A stretch of DNA of 64,000 nucleotides from Octopus sinensis (lineage: Eukaryota). Under the pieces are notes generated by a model, which saw only the letters and a list, made by a program, of their open reading frames with translations, was not told where the DNA came from and did not search any database. Of this stretch, positions 24,432-37,504 are shown piece after piece. Position 1 is the stretch's first letter. Each line of letters opens with the position of its first letter. The translations under genes and the position numbers were made by a program. The DNA is taken from positions 3,534,001 through 3,598,000 of the forward strand of contig NC_043021.1 in assembly GCF_006345805.1 (NCBI RefSeq), in the 5' to 3' direction.

Positions 24432-26240
24432 GTAAAATTTTAATTCATATATAAATAGTTTGGATATAAATAACTTGTCCACCTCTCCCATTTACAACGG
24501 AGATGGCCATCAAGATAGAAATAGAAGAAACAATCAATTTCTTGATTATTGTAACTTTAAAAAAATTTTTTTTTTTTTTACTGTAATATTTATGTTAATG
24601 TTGGTAGAATGGATTCTGACTTGGTTATATGACGTGTTAAACTTAAGAACTCTGGGACTGTTTTATTTAGCTTTGCATGAACTGCTATGGAGGTATTCAG
24701 TTGAATGTTTAGGAACAATGTATGTAATCTGTATTCTAGATATACCATTACTTTAAGCTGATCTAAGAACACATTGCATACCAAATTCATTCACAAGGCA
24801 TTGGATGGCCTTGAAGCTACAATAGACGCTTGCCTAAGATGCCACGTGCTGAGATTAAGCCTGAAGCCACATGGTGGCAGAATGAGCTTCTTAACTGTAC
24901 AGCTGTGCCTGTGTGGATTGCAGTGAGATAGTCACAAACTCCAGCAATCAGTATATTAGCAAGTGCTTTAACAGCAGGACCCAATTCAGCTGGTGTTTGG
25001 ATTGTTTTGACAGGGACTGGGTGATAACTATCGCACAGGAACTGGGCCCTGTATGAAAATGATCTAGATGATATTTTGATAAGCATCAGGTTTTGTTTTG
25101 TCAGGCAAATGAAGCAAGTTCTCCGTGTTGGAACACCACCTTGAAGGGTTTTTGTCAAACAGACCACCCTAATACTTATTTTTAAGTCAGGTGCTTGTTC
25201 CATTGGTCCCTTTTGTCAAATCAACACTGGTTGTAAATCAATGGTAATGGACACACACACACTGGGATTCTGCACAGTTTCCATCTACGAAATTCACTCA
25301 CAAGGTATTGGTCTGCCTTATGCTGTAATGGACACTTGCCTAAGATGCCATGCACCGAGATTGAAACAAAAACTAGATGGTTGCAAAGAGAGCTTCTTAA
25401 CTGCACAGCCCATGCGTGTACCTCTCTTTTGTTGGTAAATTTGGTATGCAATGTGATCTTAGATCACAGATGAAAACAAAGTAATGAGTGGAACTGGTAC
25501 ATTAGCAGTTTTGATTTGAACTATCTCATTCTATAGTATCAGTTTGATTGTTAAGTGAAAGTGTGCTGTTGAATGAAGGTCAGCCAGTAATATTGGAAGC
25601 ATAAATGAAGTTGGGGGGGAGGTTGTCAATTAGAAATAACCAGAGGTGTTGCATCAGGGTGGAGCTAGTTCATTAAAGAAAAGTCTGCAAACATATTAAT
25701 GTGTAATAATGTATTTAATAAGATATTAATGACAAGCTTTTCTTGGAATAGAGGAATTTTATTAGCTGTGTATGTGTATGTATGTATATAGAGAGAAAGG
25801 AGGTGAGAGCTATTTTTTTTTGCCTCTAAATCTTTGATAAATTGGCATATCTGATGTCTCTGACGTAACTTGATCTTTTATAGATGTAGCTTATAAGTTG
25901 TAAAGAAAATAGATTCCAAGCAATATTTTTTTTTGTTTTTACAATAGAATATATATATTTTTTTTCTTATTTAATTTTGCCTCTGGTATACTTTTACATT
26001 TTATATCACAGCAATAGAATGCAACACCAGCCACATACTTTATAAACATTTTCATTGCCTCGACATTAATTAAAGTTTAATCTTTACATGAATCACTAAA
26101 ATCCTTAGAGTTGCCTCTTGATTTCACTTTTTATAGAGTTTATTTAATATGAGAAACTAACTTCTGGATGGGATTGTAAGTTTATCGCATCTAACTTTCC
26201 CAGCTTAGTCTTCGTAGTTGTCTAATTTTGGTTAGATGAA

Positions 26241-26468
26241 TTAACCCTTTAGTGTTCAGATTACTCTGTTAAATGTAATACTTTTCCACTCAAATTGTTT
26301 TGAATTAATCATGCATTATCTTATAGCTTTGCGGTTTCAATGATGTGATTGTTTATATTTAGAATGACATTGTCGGGTAGGTGTGAGAGGCTAGATATTG
26401 CCAGTTTGAATATAAAACATGTAGAATATCTGGGCCAGATATGGCCGGTTTAAACACTAAAGGGTTAA
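26241..26468. mobile_element. piggyBac-type MITE copy
   Basis: ttaaccctttagtg...cactaaagggttaa. Confidence 0.82.
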
Positions 26469-28906
26469 GGCAATGTAGAATTATCTCAGTCATATCCAGC
26501 CTGAATATTCTACCTGTTTTATGCTCAAACTGGCCAGATCTGGCCTTTCACACCGAACCTAGACACTGTCATTTCTAAAAATTATCAAAGTATCAAAATC
26601 GTGAAGCTATGGAATAATGTATGATTAATTCAAAACAATATGAATAAATGAGCATTACAATTGAGTGTAATTTGAATGCCAGAGTTAAATGTCTTGTCTT
26701 GAAGTATAAATAATAGCAGATTTGAACTCTCAGTGCAAATTGCCACTGAAAATATTTAGATTGACTGGTTGGTTTCTTGCAAGTTCCATCTGATAAGCTC
26801 TTTATTTGTTTTTTTATTATTTCACAACTCTCCAATCAGTTATAGTAATTATGCAGGTGGCACGTAAAAAGCACCCACTACACTCACAGACGGAGTGGTT
26901 GGCGTTAGGAAGGGCATCCAGCTGTAGAAACACTGCCAGATCAGACTGGAGCCTGGTGCAGCCTCCTGGCTTCCCAGATCCCCGGTCGAACCGTCCAACC
27001 CATGCTAGCATGGAGAACGGACGTTAAACGATGATGATGATGATGATGATGATGCTCTAGAATTAATTGACTAGAATTAAGCTGCTTAGAAGTTGGGTGG
27101 GAGATTGTTTTCTTCAATTTCAAACTTGTGAGTTTTGTGACAGATTTACTCAGTATCTCCATATTTTGACATAAAAGAAGCAAAATATTTATGGATGTTG
27201 CATAAATGAATATACCAAGCATTGGTAATTCAACAGGACCAAAGCTGAGTAAATTTTTGGCAAAAATTTTTCCAATGCCACAAGCAGGAAATCCTCTTCA
27301 CGAATTATTGTCGTTTGTAGCACAAAAGTTTTGATTGATTGTTGAATTAACTCCCACTACACTTTCCAGGAAAGAATCACTCTGCTTGTTTCTGCCACTC
27401 CGAGGAAAGTATTATTGATCTCAGAACAGTATTGGAAGTGATTACTGCTTTAAACGCCTCTCTTTACAAGACACATAGGTTGCAGGTTTCCATGTTATTG
27501 GGTCGGTCACTTAAGAGGAAGGCAAGGTTGGATTAAGTGAAATCAGAAGCAGTAGCAGTATTTGCTGTTTGTTTACATTGTTGAAATGTCTTCACTCAAA
27601 CTTCCACCAAACAGCATATTCTCAATGATTCTGTCTCAGCATTGAAGCTGTTAAGCATGAACCATTGTTGTCAGCTGTAAAGGGTGTGGTGGAGAAATCT
27701 GTAACATTTCTGGAGGTAAAGCCAATGCTTTTAGTCTCCCTCTACTCTTCTTAGGTTTCCTTCACAATGAATGGTAGCAGAAAAAAAAAAAAAAGGGAAA
27801 AAATAATAAAAGAAATTGATAATTGGATAAAATCTGTCAGTGGTGTTAGTTTTCCTTTTGGCAATTGAGAACAGAGTGCCAGAGCTAAATACATTTAAAT
27901 TTACTCCTTGGTTCTGACCTCAAATCTTGCATCACATGCTTCACGGTTCAAGAAAATAAAAAAAATTAAAAAAAGGATAATATATTGAGTTAATTCAAAT
28001 AACTGTTTTCTCTTCTGTATCATTTCTATTTTTTAATGGTATTTGCTGCCTTGATATGCTGTCTGTAAAAGTTGGTGCATTCTCAATGCAATGTTTCCAG
28101 ACTTATTTCTCTGGGACATATTTCATCATCCTTTCTTAGACACCTTGTCATATGTAATAATTGATAATGTACTAACTTAATCAACATGGAGAAGGCAGAT
28201 ACAATGCTCTTCATTAAGACATGAAGGGTTTTTTTTTTTTTTTAAACCTTCCTATTATCTCAGTATTGATTATTTGAAAATTTTATTTTAAAATACTTTG
28301 GACTAAGTGCCTGCAAAAGTTTGAACTGTATATTAAATAATCATTAATCCTCTTCTTAACCATATCTGAATGGATTTAATTTAGAAAAAAAAAAGCTTGT
28401 TTTCTTGGTCAAGTTTCTGTTTGTATATACAAAGATAGGGTATGGGTAAAGACCCCCTTCAGTCATGAATGACCATGGGATTGCACCTAAAAACTTCCCC
28501 TCTGAGGCACAGGTCTTTGGCAAGGTTGTTTATGGAAGTCTAGCGATTGCCCATGCATACCAGTCTCCAAGGGAAAGGCAAAAGGCCAATCCAACTTGGC
28601 ACCAGTTGCAACTCATTTCTTCAGTTGAGTAAACTGGAGCAATGTGAAAGAAAGTGTCTTACTCAAGAACATAATACACAACCCAATCTGGGAATCAAAC
28701 TCTCTACCTCGTGATTGCGAGCCCAACGCTCTAACCACTGGGCCATGTGCCTTCATATATATATATATATCATCATCATTTAGCATCCGTTTTCCATGCT
28801 AGCATGGGTTGGACGGTTTAACTGGGGTCTGTGAAGCTGGAAGGCTTCATCAGGCCCAGTCAGATTTGGCAGTGTTTCTATGGCTGGATGCCCTTCCTAA
28901 CGCCAA

Positions 28907-28959
<53 letters not shown>

Positions 28960-29627
28960 TATATATATACATATATACATACTAAGATATTCGTGTACAA
29001 ACTATCATAAGCTAGGTTGTAGCAGTTATTTGTTGTTTTGTTTGCCGAATGCAAGCAAGAGAAAGTGCTCACCACAGGCTACATACATGCTTTACAATCT
29101 GGTCATAATAAAGAAGCAGTCAGGCACAATGCAACCACATGCTGCCGAAAGATGGGTAATTGAGAAAATAGCAGCCCTAACTGCAGCACAAGTTATTTCA
29201 GGTTGTATAATATTTGGATAACACATAGAACAAGTACACTCAGGATAACATTCTGAGTAGTATATTTGAGATGATACAGAAAGGAGTTAATGAAAGGCTG
29301 TCATGTGAAAATGAAAATACATAGTGGCTTCATATCAGAGAACTTTCAAGAGCCAACTGTTGAAATAAGATAGTTCCTCTTCTTTGTTTGACTATTTTGT
29401 TGTTTTTTTTTTGCATACATCCTCGTACTTTGTCAGTATGTGTGTATTCTTTAGGTATAGTTTTTTCTTGGAAGTTGGTTTGACCATAGACTTTGTAGTA
29501 ATAGGAACAAACGAAGAATTTGATTCTGCTCTCTAGTTTCTATTTATTTATTTATTTATTTTCTAACCCTTTCGCATTTAAACTGGCCTTATCCGGCCCA
29601 AATATTCTTACTTGTTTTCTGTTCATA

Positions 29628-29994
29628 GGCGCAGGAGCGGCTGTGTGGTGAGTAGCTTGCTTACCAACCACACGGTTCCGGGTTCAGTGCCACGCAGGTG
29701 TCTTCTACTATAGCCTCGGGCCGACCAAAGCCTTGTGAGTGGATTTGGTAGACGGAAACTGAAAGAAGCTCGTCGTATATATATGTGTGTGTGTGTGTTT
29801 GTGCCCCCCCCCTAGCATTGCTTGACAACTGATGCTGGTGTGTTTATGTCCCCCGTTAGTTAGCGGTTCGGCAAAAGAGACCGATAGAATAAGTACTGGG
29901 CTTACAAAGAATAAGTCTTGGAGTCAAGTTGCTCGATTAAAGGTGGTGCTCCAGCATGGCCGCAGTCAAATGACTGAAACAAGTAAAAGAGTAA
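29628..29994 (+). mobile_element. SINE family A nested in a piggyBac-type MITE
   Basis: MITE halves at ~29564-29627 and ~29995-30140. Confidence 0.85.
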
Positions 29995-30162
29995 ACCAGC
30001 CAGATCTGGCCTCTCCCATCTACCCTACAATATCATTCTAAAAACAAACCTATTGAAATCCTGAAGCTATGAGATAATGCAGGATTAATTCAAAACAATG
30101 TGAATAAATAAGCATTACATTTGCTGGAGTAATTTGGGTACTGGGGGTGGATGGATGGAGGG

Positions 30163-30391
30163 TTAACCCTTTAGTGTTTAAACTGGCCAAATCCGGCCCA
30201 ATATATTCTACATGTTTTATATTCAAACTGGTGATATCTGGTCTCTCACTCCTAACCTACAATGCCATTCTGAAAATAAGTAATCACATCATTGAAACCT
30301 CAAAGCAATAAGATAATGCATGATTAATTCAAAACAATTTGAGTGAAAAAGTATTACATTTAACAGAGTATTCTGAACACTAAAGGGTTAA
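30163..30391. mobile_element. piggyBac-type MITE copy, opposite orientation
   Basis: ttaaccctttagtg...cactaaagggttaa. Confidence 0.82.
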
Positions 30392-32452
30392 GGTACTTTT
30401 TACTCTCAGTTACTGATAATTTCCGTGACTAATTTGTGTATTTTATTCATAATCATTGTAAATGAAACATTCAGCAAAGCATTCGTTCCTACATAATGTA
30501 AATACATATAACTCCTCATAACTTTTTGGAATTTTCAGAAAATATATATTTGTATTTTATTCATTGGAACTGACACAACTTCGAAAAAAGTTTTTAAAAT
30601 TTTTTAATTTTTCAAAATTTTAAAATCAGTTTAATATATGGACGGTCTGAATTTTCAGCTTAAATCCCAGCAATAGACCACTAAATCTGTTTATGGGGAG
30701 AAAGATATTGACAAACATTTATACAGCAGACTGACAAACGATTGAGTAGGGTATGAGGTGGTCATGTGATGTGCTAAAAATAGCTAAATAGCCTTTATAT
30801 CAACCACCAAAAAATTCTTTTTGCTTTTCGTTTTTGCATAATCATAGGAATTCCTATGTATAGAATACAAATTCATGAAAATTTTTTGAAAATTGGAAAA
30901 AAAAAAAAAAGTTTTTGAGGGGTTATATGGTGTGCTTAAAGCAAAATTTCACCAGTATAATCTTTATCAACAAAGCTATGTAAAAGTACTTTGAACTCAA
31001 TTGCTTTGTCTGTATGACAGCCATATTATAACCAGTTTGGATGCTAAGCTTTAATTAACTTGGATTTAACGGAAGTTCAAAATGTTTTTTTTTTTTTATT
31101 CATGTTCAACTTAACGATTTGTAAATATGCAATAGAAGACTTTCTATCTGAGCTCGGTTAAATTAGGACTGAAAAAGAACTATCTAATTGTCAGTGTGTA
31201 CTCTTTATAATTTTTCTCACTCTTTTTTTTTCTTTCATGTGCATTGTCATTGGCTTACATATCTCCATACATTTCTCTTCTTACATACCAATATTTCACA
31301 TTTTACATTTCCTGAGCAGCAATGAAATATGGTGTTAATGTTCTTCAGCTAGATCATAACAGCTGCCTGACAATTTGTAAACCACTTGTTGGCAAACTTC
31401 CACTCCACTGCTTTGTTAGAGAATTGCTGCTAAACAGCTTAACTGTGCTCCAAATAATAATAATAATAATAATAATAATAATTTTTGTCAGCTTCTCCTA
31501 AGTCAAGGCTGCTTAGATGTTTGTGACTACTCTGCTCCGTGGCTCTACAAATTCTTTTGAGGATAGAATGCTGCATATCTCTTGTCTATAGTTTTAGGCA
31601 AACTTACTTGGCAGTTATTTTTACCTGTGCTTACTAGTGATGTTATTCAGTAATTTGTTGTTTTATCTTTTGCCGTTCCTTTTGTTAGTAATATCGTGTT
31701 ATTCATTGAAAGGTTTCATTAATTAGTTTATTAGAAATCGATGTTTTGATAGACTTTTTTTAAAAAAAAATCTTTTATCTTTTACTTGTTTCAATCATTT
31801 GACTGCAGTCATGCTGGGGCATTCCCTTGAAGGGTTTTAGTCGAACAAATCTACCACAGGACTTGTGTTTTCAGGCTTAGTACTTATTCTGTCTCTTTTG
31901 CTGAACCACTAAGCTATGGGGATATAAACACACCAATACCAACACCATGTCAAATGATGGTGGGGGACAATACCCGCACACACACACACACACATGTATG
32001 ACAAAGCTCATTTCAGTTTCTATCTACCAAATGCACCCTCAAGGCTTTGGTTGACCTGAGGCTTATAGTAGAAGTCACTTGCCCAAGGTGCCATCTAGTG
32101 GGACTGAACCTGGAACCATGTGGTAGGGAAGTAAGCTTCTTACCACACAGATATGCTGTGTGATAAGAAGACTGTATAATTTATTTCAAAATCGAGTTTT
32201 ACTCTTGACGAATTTAAATAAAATTATTTTAATATTCTTCAACATTATTTTTCTTCCTTTATTAAAGTCATTGTATAATTGTTTCCAATTTAACCAAATC
32301 TAGAAATTTGGGGGTGGGGATTAGTCAACTAAATCAATTCCAGTGCCTCACTGGTACTTTGTTTATTGACTGTAGAAGGATCAGAGTCAACCATGAACTC
32401 AGACCATAGGCATTTTGCTTGGTCCTCTAATGCTTCTGACAATTTTTCTTCC

Positions 32453-32680
32453 TTAACCCTTTAGTGTTTAAACCGGCCATATCCGGCCAAAATATTCCAC
32501 CTATTTTATGTTCAAACTAGTCAGATATGGTCATTCATATCTACCTTATTGTGTCATTTTCAAAATAAACAATCACATCATTGAAATCTCAAAGCCATGA
32601 AATGATGCAAGATTAATTTTACATGGTGTGAATACATAAGCTTTACATTTGACAGAATAATCTGAATGCTAAAGGGTTAA
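32453..32680. mobile_element. piggyBac-type MITE copy
   Basis: ttaaccctttagtg...gctaaagggttaa. Confidence 0.8.
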
Positions 32681-35117
32681 ACTTATTTTTATAAATAATC
32701 TTTTCTAATTTTGACACAAGGCCAGCAATTTTAAGGGATAAGGAAGTCAATTACACTTCATCTGATATTTTATCAACCCCAAAAGAATGAGAAGCAAAGT
32801 TGACTGTGGCAGCGTTTGAACCCAGAACATAACGAGCCGGAAGAAATGCTGCGAAGCGTTTCATCTGGTGTAGTAATGGTTTTGCTAGCTTACTGTCTAA
32901 ACTTATTAAATATTGGTTTTAAATTTTGACACAAGGCCAGCAATTCTGTGGTAGAGTATTAGTCGATTACATTAACCTCAGTGTGCAACTGCTACTTATT
33001 TTATTGACCCCGAAGGGATGAAGGGCAAAGTCAACCTCAACAGAATTTGAACTCAGAACCTGAAGACAAACCGTTGCTAAGTATTTTGTCCTGTATGCTA
33101 ATGGTTCTGCCAGTTCACCTTAAATAATAAAGTTTCAAATTTTGGCACAAGGCTAGCAAGTTCAGTGGAGGGGGGTAAGTTGATCACATTGACCTCAGTG
33201 CATAACAGGTACTTGTCTTATTGACCTTGAAAGGATGAAAGGCAAAGTCGACCATGGTGGAATTTGATCTCAGATTGTAAAGACAGACAAAATGCTGCTA
33301 AGCATTTTGCCCAGTGTGCTATCAATTCTGCCTGCTCATAATAACAAGACATTGTTATTGACCATTCTTATCAACCGTAAATCTTTTAAGACTAACACTA
33401 AGGTTTTGAAATTTTCTTATCTTTATTTATCAAAAAGGTGACCGACACTACATTTTAAGCTGATTGCTTCTAATTACTTTTTTCTTCAACTTCTCAGCAA
33501 CCGCAAAACTTAATTGCTGTGACATTTCATACATGGAGGTGCTAGTTATAGAGTAGGACCTTTTCTTTTATTCATGTAATAATTATGTTTGTCTATATAA
33601 TAACTGTCTATTACATTGAACCACCTGGTTTATAGTTATTTTACCTGTATAATTGACTTTCATTTTGCTATTTTGTGAACAGCTGTACATTTTAAAATTG
33701 GTTTTCAATGCAAAAATATTCTAAGGATTTGTTCATATAACTTAATTTTCAAATCTAATCAAGCTAAGCTTATCTACAACACAAATAAGAATCAAAACCA
33801 GTTATTAAGAATAAGAACAAGCAGCATATTTCCCCCTGGAATCAAGAATAGTTCATTGAGTCTTGTTTTGTTGTTTTGAACATGTACTAGATAGAAATAG
33901 GTGTTGTGAAGACAGACAAGCACTAATAAAATAGGTTAATCTAAACTGGCTTTTAGATTAACCCAATTTATAGGTGCTGTTAGAATGGCATACATTTTAG
34001 CTGTTTCTAGTTTGTTTTTTTTTCTATGATTGGCCTACATATTTTCCTTTTGTTCCAGTTTTGAATATTAGTTTTATAAAAAGGCTTTGTTCATAAATTA
34101 CATTCGTCAGTCATGCTTGAAAATTAAAAGTGGTGATGTTAGACTCTTTTTTTTCTCCTTTTTTTTCTGTTTTGACACATGTTAATCTGCTGTCGATGCT
34201 TTTCGTTCACTTATTTCCATTTTATAAGGCTCAGAGATTTAAAATCAGCTGCAATTTTTTCTTCCTCAGACATGAGTTGTGCATGTTATTTATACACTCT
34301 GAATTGTATTAGAAGCATTGATATTTAGGAAGTATTTGTTCTTAAGAATCTGTATTTAGCAAGTTAGTTTGCTCTACAAATGATAAATGCACTGTGTAAT
34401 GTCCCCAGCAAAGACAGTCAACATCCAAAACGCAATCTACCTAGCTGTTATCAGTGACACTTTCATTTGCTTTTTGGGCCTGAAATCCCTCTCATTTGAG
34501 AAAATGGTTTCTCTTAAATGTTGAATCCTTTAGCATTTAAACCAGCCATTTCCAGCAAAAAATATTTTACGTGTTTTATGCTCTAACTGGCCTGATCCAG
34601 CCTCTTACACCTACTCTGCAGTGTCATTCTAAAGATAAGCAATCATTTGGTTGAAAGCTCACGGCTGTGAGATAATGCATGATTAATTCAAAACAATGTG
34701 AATAAATAAGCATTTCATTTGACTGAGTAACCTGAATGTGGAAGGGTTTAAATCATGAAAATTAAGATATTCTTTGGCATATCTCTTTGGGGTTTTTTTT
34801 TTTGTTTCTTTTGTGGCAGTGGAAGTAAAGAAAACTAAGAAAAAAAAATTTGTTCTCAATCTATTTACCATAATATACATAATTAAGCTACTTCTATTCT
34901 TTTACCTCTATAATGGCTAATTTATTTTATATATTGCATTGAATTTTTTAAAATTGTATGCGGAATTTTTTCTACCTTGAAACTGAATTGTATCAGAAAA
35001 CCAGTTATTTTAACATCTTATCTTAAACTTTTAGGACCACCATTATATATCTGTACCTAATGTTTAATACACTTTCTTTTATTGAGATACTAAAATGGAG
35101 TTTTGTATATTCAACAG

Positions 35118-35251
35118 ATCAATGGAACGACACAAACCCTACAGACTTAAAGCAATATGACAGAGATACGCTCTTGGGTTTGCAGAATGCTTCTGCCTCC
35201 TTGAGCAGGCCTGAAAATCTTCCAGATCTACCTGATGTTATTTTGTCTGCA
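35118..35251 (+). CDS. EIF4G: eIF4G exon with the eIF4E-binding motif ([23 protein letters not shown]...[12 protein letters not shown])
   Basis: caacag|atcaatgg to tctgca|gtaagt; phase 1 to 0; canonical and non-canonical 4E-binding segments. Confidence 0.93.
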
Positions 35252-37462
35252 GTAAGTAATTACTCTTTTCTTTCGAACGTTGCTTTTATCCCAATGTTGC
35301 TGGTATGATAACCGTGAGTTGCTTAAGTTTGGAGCCGACAACTTCATTTTAATTTCTAATTGCATCCTTTTCCACTCATGGGTTGCTGAAGGTAAGGAGA
35401 AACCACCTGTGTGTAACCTTGCTTCATACACATCGTGATAACACAGAAATGAATGTAAAAGGGTGAGGGGAAATGTTTGAAATAAAGGTAATAGTGGCTG
35501 TGAATATTAGAGACTTCAGTGATTTAGAGGAGTTGAAAGCGATGGGAAAGCAACGTGCTTAAGGCTATAAAGAGCACTTGTTTTCATCCAGATCTTTCTC
35601 CATGTGCATCAACAATTCTTAGATATTTGTTGAAAATGTTTGTTTTATTTTCAAATCTCCTTCATTTTTGCTGTTTGTATTCAGTCTCTTTACCAACAAC
35701 TATTTGCAGCCCCCCCCTCTCTCTTTCTCTCTCCCCACCCCACCCCATCACTTTATTGTTCCAACTCTCTACTCACTCAGCCGAGGTCGACTTTGCCTTT
35801 CATCCTTTCGGGGTCGATTAAATAAGTACCAGTTACGCACTGGGGTCGATATAATCGACTTAATCCGTTTGTCTGTCCTTGTTTGTCCTCTCTGTGTTTA
35901 GCCCCTTGTGGGTAGTAAAGAAATAGGTACTATCATCGGCCTCGACAACAACTTTACTTGCCTCAACAAATCTTCGCAAGCGCAGTTTATTGCCCAATGA
36001 TTAAAGAGTACTCTTAAATGGGCTGATTATGCTGCACTGGCATAGGCCACAGTTAAGGTCTCACTTGGCTTGCCCGGTTTCCTCAAGCGTAGCATATCTC
36101 CAAAAGGCATTGGTTGGGCCAGGGCTGCTGCACAGTGAGACTGAAACCAAAACATGTGGTTGCAAAGCCAGCTCCTTAGTCACACAGCTGTGCTGTTTTT
36201 TGTTTTTTCTATTTAATGATAGTTAATGATATACTCATGTTTAGAATATTGGGTGATGTTTCAAGTAATGTTGCCATGATATCTATTTCTTTATTACCCA
36301 CAAGGGGCTAAACACAGAGGGGACAAACAAGGACAGACATAGGTATTAAGTCGATTACATCGACCCCAGTGCGTAACTGCTACTTAATTTATCGATCCCG
36401 AAAGGATGAAAGGCAAAGTCGATCTCGGCGGAATTCGAACTCACAACGTAACGCAGACGAAATACCGCTAAGCATTTCGCCCGGTGTGCTAACGTTTCTG
36501 CCAGCTCACCATGATACCATTGTAACCAAGAATCTTACAGGACAAACTGAAATACAGTAATGCATTCAGTGAAGTTTACTGTTTCAGCTACCTTCATTGC
36601 TTGAGTTATGATTTTTGTTTCTTGTTATGGTTTCTATGGCTGGATGCCCTTCCTAAAACCAACCACTCCAAGAGTACAGTGGGTGCTTTTCGTGTGCCAG
36701 ACACGTAACTCTGGCATCGGCCATGACTATGATCTCACTTGGTTCAACAGGTCTTCTGAAAGCACAGTATATTGCCATAGGTCTTGGTTATTTGTCATTG
36801 TCTCCATGAGGCCCAATATTCGTAGGGTTCTATTTACATGCCACTAGCGCAGGTGCCAGTTAGGCGACACTGGTATCAGCCACAAAGGCGGCGAGCTGGC
36901 AGAAACGTTAGCAAGCTGGGCAAAATACTTAGCGCTATTTCGTCTGCCGCTACGTTCTGAGTTCAAATTCCGCCGAGGTCGACTTTGGCTTTCATCCTTT
37001 CGGGGTCGATTAAATAAGTACCAGTTACGCACTGGGGTCGGTGTAATCGACTTAATCCGTCTGTCTGTCCTTGTTTGTCCTCTCTGTGTTTAGCCCCTTG
37101 TGGGTAGTAAAGAAATAGGTATCAGCCACAACTGGAACCTGGTGCAGCTTACCCGTTTTCAGTTAAACTGGCCAACCCATGCCAACATGAAAAACAGCCG
37201 TTAAATGATGATTTAATGAAGTTTGGATTTACTTTAAAAAAAATGTTGTTTTATTATTCCCCCCACCACTTTTTTTCATGGACTTCTTTTTCTTTTATAG
37301 CCTTTAACTACTGTTGCTCCTGGAGTAGGAATACAAAGCAGTGGTATGACGATTGGTTTGGGAGGAGACAAAGGCATAAATACAGACTGGAGGAATGGCA
37401 ATGACCCGTTTATTCCATTCTATGTCAAGTCTGCACGATCGGTATGTAATGGTTGACTTTCT

Positions 37463-37504
<42 letters not shown>

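Noticed and set aside
27640-29155. Open exon-like segments 27640-27715 and 29056-29155 that chain by phase to exon 35118
   Set aside because: Weak splice sites and no eIF4G similarity; likely overfitting by eye.
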